From contig CAXXLZ010000002.1 in NCBI GenBank assembly GCA_963675595.2, positions 3,776,001 through 3,840,000 on the forward strand: a stretch of 64,000 nt of DNA, in the 5' to 3' direction. The notes beneath the pieces were generated by a model that saw nothing but the letters and a program-made list of their open reading frames with translations, was not told the origin of the DNA and searched no databases. Position numbers and translations under genes: made by a program. The DNA comes from Thermodesulfobacteriota bacterium (GTDB lineage Bacteria > Desulfobacterota > Desulfarculia > JACQYL01). This document shows positions 62,713-64,000 of the stretch, in pieces. Within the stretch, counting starts at the first letter, position 1; every line of letters starts with the position of its first letter.

Positions 62713-63351
62713 ATGAACATCAAAAAACTTATGACTCTGTGCTGCTTATTTGTTGCCGCTGTCTTTCCCGAAATGGCGGCAAAGCCTGCCTTCGCACTGG
62801 AGAAAACGCAGTATAACGTGATTGAAAAACAAGAAAACTTCGAATTGCGGGAATATCCTTCTTTTGTTGTTGCAGAAACCTATATGGAAGGCGATTTCGA
62901 GACAGTCGGTAATGGCGGGTTTCGACGTCTGGCCGCATACATCGGCGGTGAAAACGTCAAAAATCAATCCATCTCTATGACCTCGCCGGTTACGCAGGAA
63001 GCCCAGTCCGAGAAAATTGCCATGACCGCTCCGGTAACGCAAGAGAAGAAGGGCAATTTATGGCGGATCACTTTCATGATGCCTTCCAAATACACCATGG
63101 ATGGCTTGCCCCGCCCCAATGACGACCGAGTCAATTTGACGTTGGAACCGCCCAAATTGGTTGCGGCCGTTCGTTATTCCGGAACATGGGCGCGGGAGCG
63201 ATATGAGGAGAACGAGGCAAAACTCTTGAGTTGGATAAATGTCAACGGATGGAAAGTGACAGGCCAAGCAATTTGGGCCCGTTACGATCCACCTTTTATG
63301 CCGTGGTTTCTGAGAAGAAACGAGATAATGCTCCCTGTAGAAATAGAATAG
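62713..63351 (+). CDS. SOUL-family heme-binding protein
   Basis: ELREYP, GFRRLAAYIGGEN, IAMTAPV, FMMPSKY, ARYDPPF.PWFLRRNE. Confidence 0.92.
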   Translation: MNIKKLMTLCCLFVAAVFPEMAAKPAFALEKTQYNVIEKQENFELREYPSFVVAETYMEGDFETVGNGGFRRLAAYIGGENVKNQSISMTSPVTQEAQSEKIAMTAPVTQEKKGNLWRITFMMPSKYTMDGLPRPNDDRVNLTLEPPKLVAAVRYSGTWARERYEENEAKLLSWINVNGWKVTGQAIWARYDPPFMPWFLRRNEIMLPVEIE

Positions 63352-63674
63352 TTTCCACTTCCATCGATCCCCAGGGACAGATAGCTGAATAACATGGATC
63401 CTGCATCAGGACGTATCAATTCGTCATATGGTTGATATCGGATTATCTGATCCGGCTAACTAATTTGAGGCATCCTAAAATGGGCTTTGGCCGGGGGTGT
63501 TTATTTACATCCAGGCATGTACTGCTGGACATCCTGCGGTGGGCTTTTTGTGGGGACCGGACTCGTTTAGACGGTACCGGCGAAGCAATAAAAGCGGGGA
63601 TTCTACAAAAAAGAGAGGACTTATCCTTTTCCGGCACGGCCTCCATATCGAAGATCACGTTCCTGTTAAGACGG

Positions 63675-64000
63675 TTATCCCATGTGTGAATCTCCTGTTT
63701 CACGTTCCACTCTGTCGAACTCCCCCTCCAGTTCAAGAAAGGCGGATACTACTTTGGGATCGAACTGTGTCCCGCTGCCGCGTTCAATAATCTCCCTGCT
63801 TTGTTCACGTGAAAGCGGAGGTTTGTAACAACGTCTGGAACGAAGGGCGTCATACACGTCGGCTACGGCCATAATGCGAGCGGCAAGGGGGATATCCTCT
63901 CCTTTCAGCCCATTAGGATAACCCTCACCGTCCCAGCGTTCGTGGTGACTAAGGGCTATGGCTATCCCCACGTTGATGAAATCATTGTTGGGGTATCTTT
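63675..64000 (-). CDS. HD-GYP c-di-GMP phosphodiesterase domain (5' truncated by window)
   Basis: [34 protein letters not shown]...R.YK, GTQFDP. Confidence 0.92.
   Translation of the reverse strand, partial: RYPNNDFINVGIAIALSHHERWDGEGYPNGLKGEDIPLAARIMAVADVYDALRSRRCYKPPLSREQSREIIERGSGTQFDPKVVSAFLELEGEFDRVERETGDSHMG

Noticed and set aside
1-64000. tRNA, rRNA, riboswitch or selenoprotein (in-frame TGA) candidates
   Set aside because: None recognised by eye; tRNAscan-SE and Infernal would be needed to exclude them

Overview
GC-rich anaerobic deltaproteobacterial (Desulfobacterota-like) chromosomal window. 1-3.4 kb: end of a sigma54 activator, a degenerate cheW and an MCP. 4-24.5 kb: two convergent cell-envelope clusters, (+) VanW / exported AMMECR1 / thioester alpha-2-macroglobulin and (-) CHASE2 adenylate cyclase / TPR-SpoIID / DUF799-FN3-beta-helix lipoprotein / Tat TPR-amidase / TPR / LPP20-like / TPR-SLH lipoprotein / FecR. 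This is my best candidate for an undescribed system (envelope surveillance and peptidoglycan repair). 25-45.5 kb: mostly core genes (rpoZ, dnaJ, dksA, serS, system II cytochrome c maturation, carboxyltransferase, a beta-oxidation operon with two FadR-like operators), plus a divergent FtsZ paralog lacking the T7 catalytic loop. 46-64 kb: a visibly more AT-rich accessory region with IS1634 nested in an older IS1634, a triple-nested IS1380[ISNCY[IS1380]] stack inside an ADP-ribosylglycohydrolase pseudogene, and PNPOx-like, PEP-utilising phosphotransferase, diheme cytochrome, SOUL and HD-GYP genes. No rRNA, tRNA or CRISPR array was recognised. All family calls are from motif recognition by eye; no searches were run.
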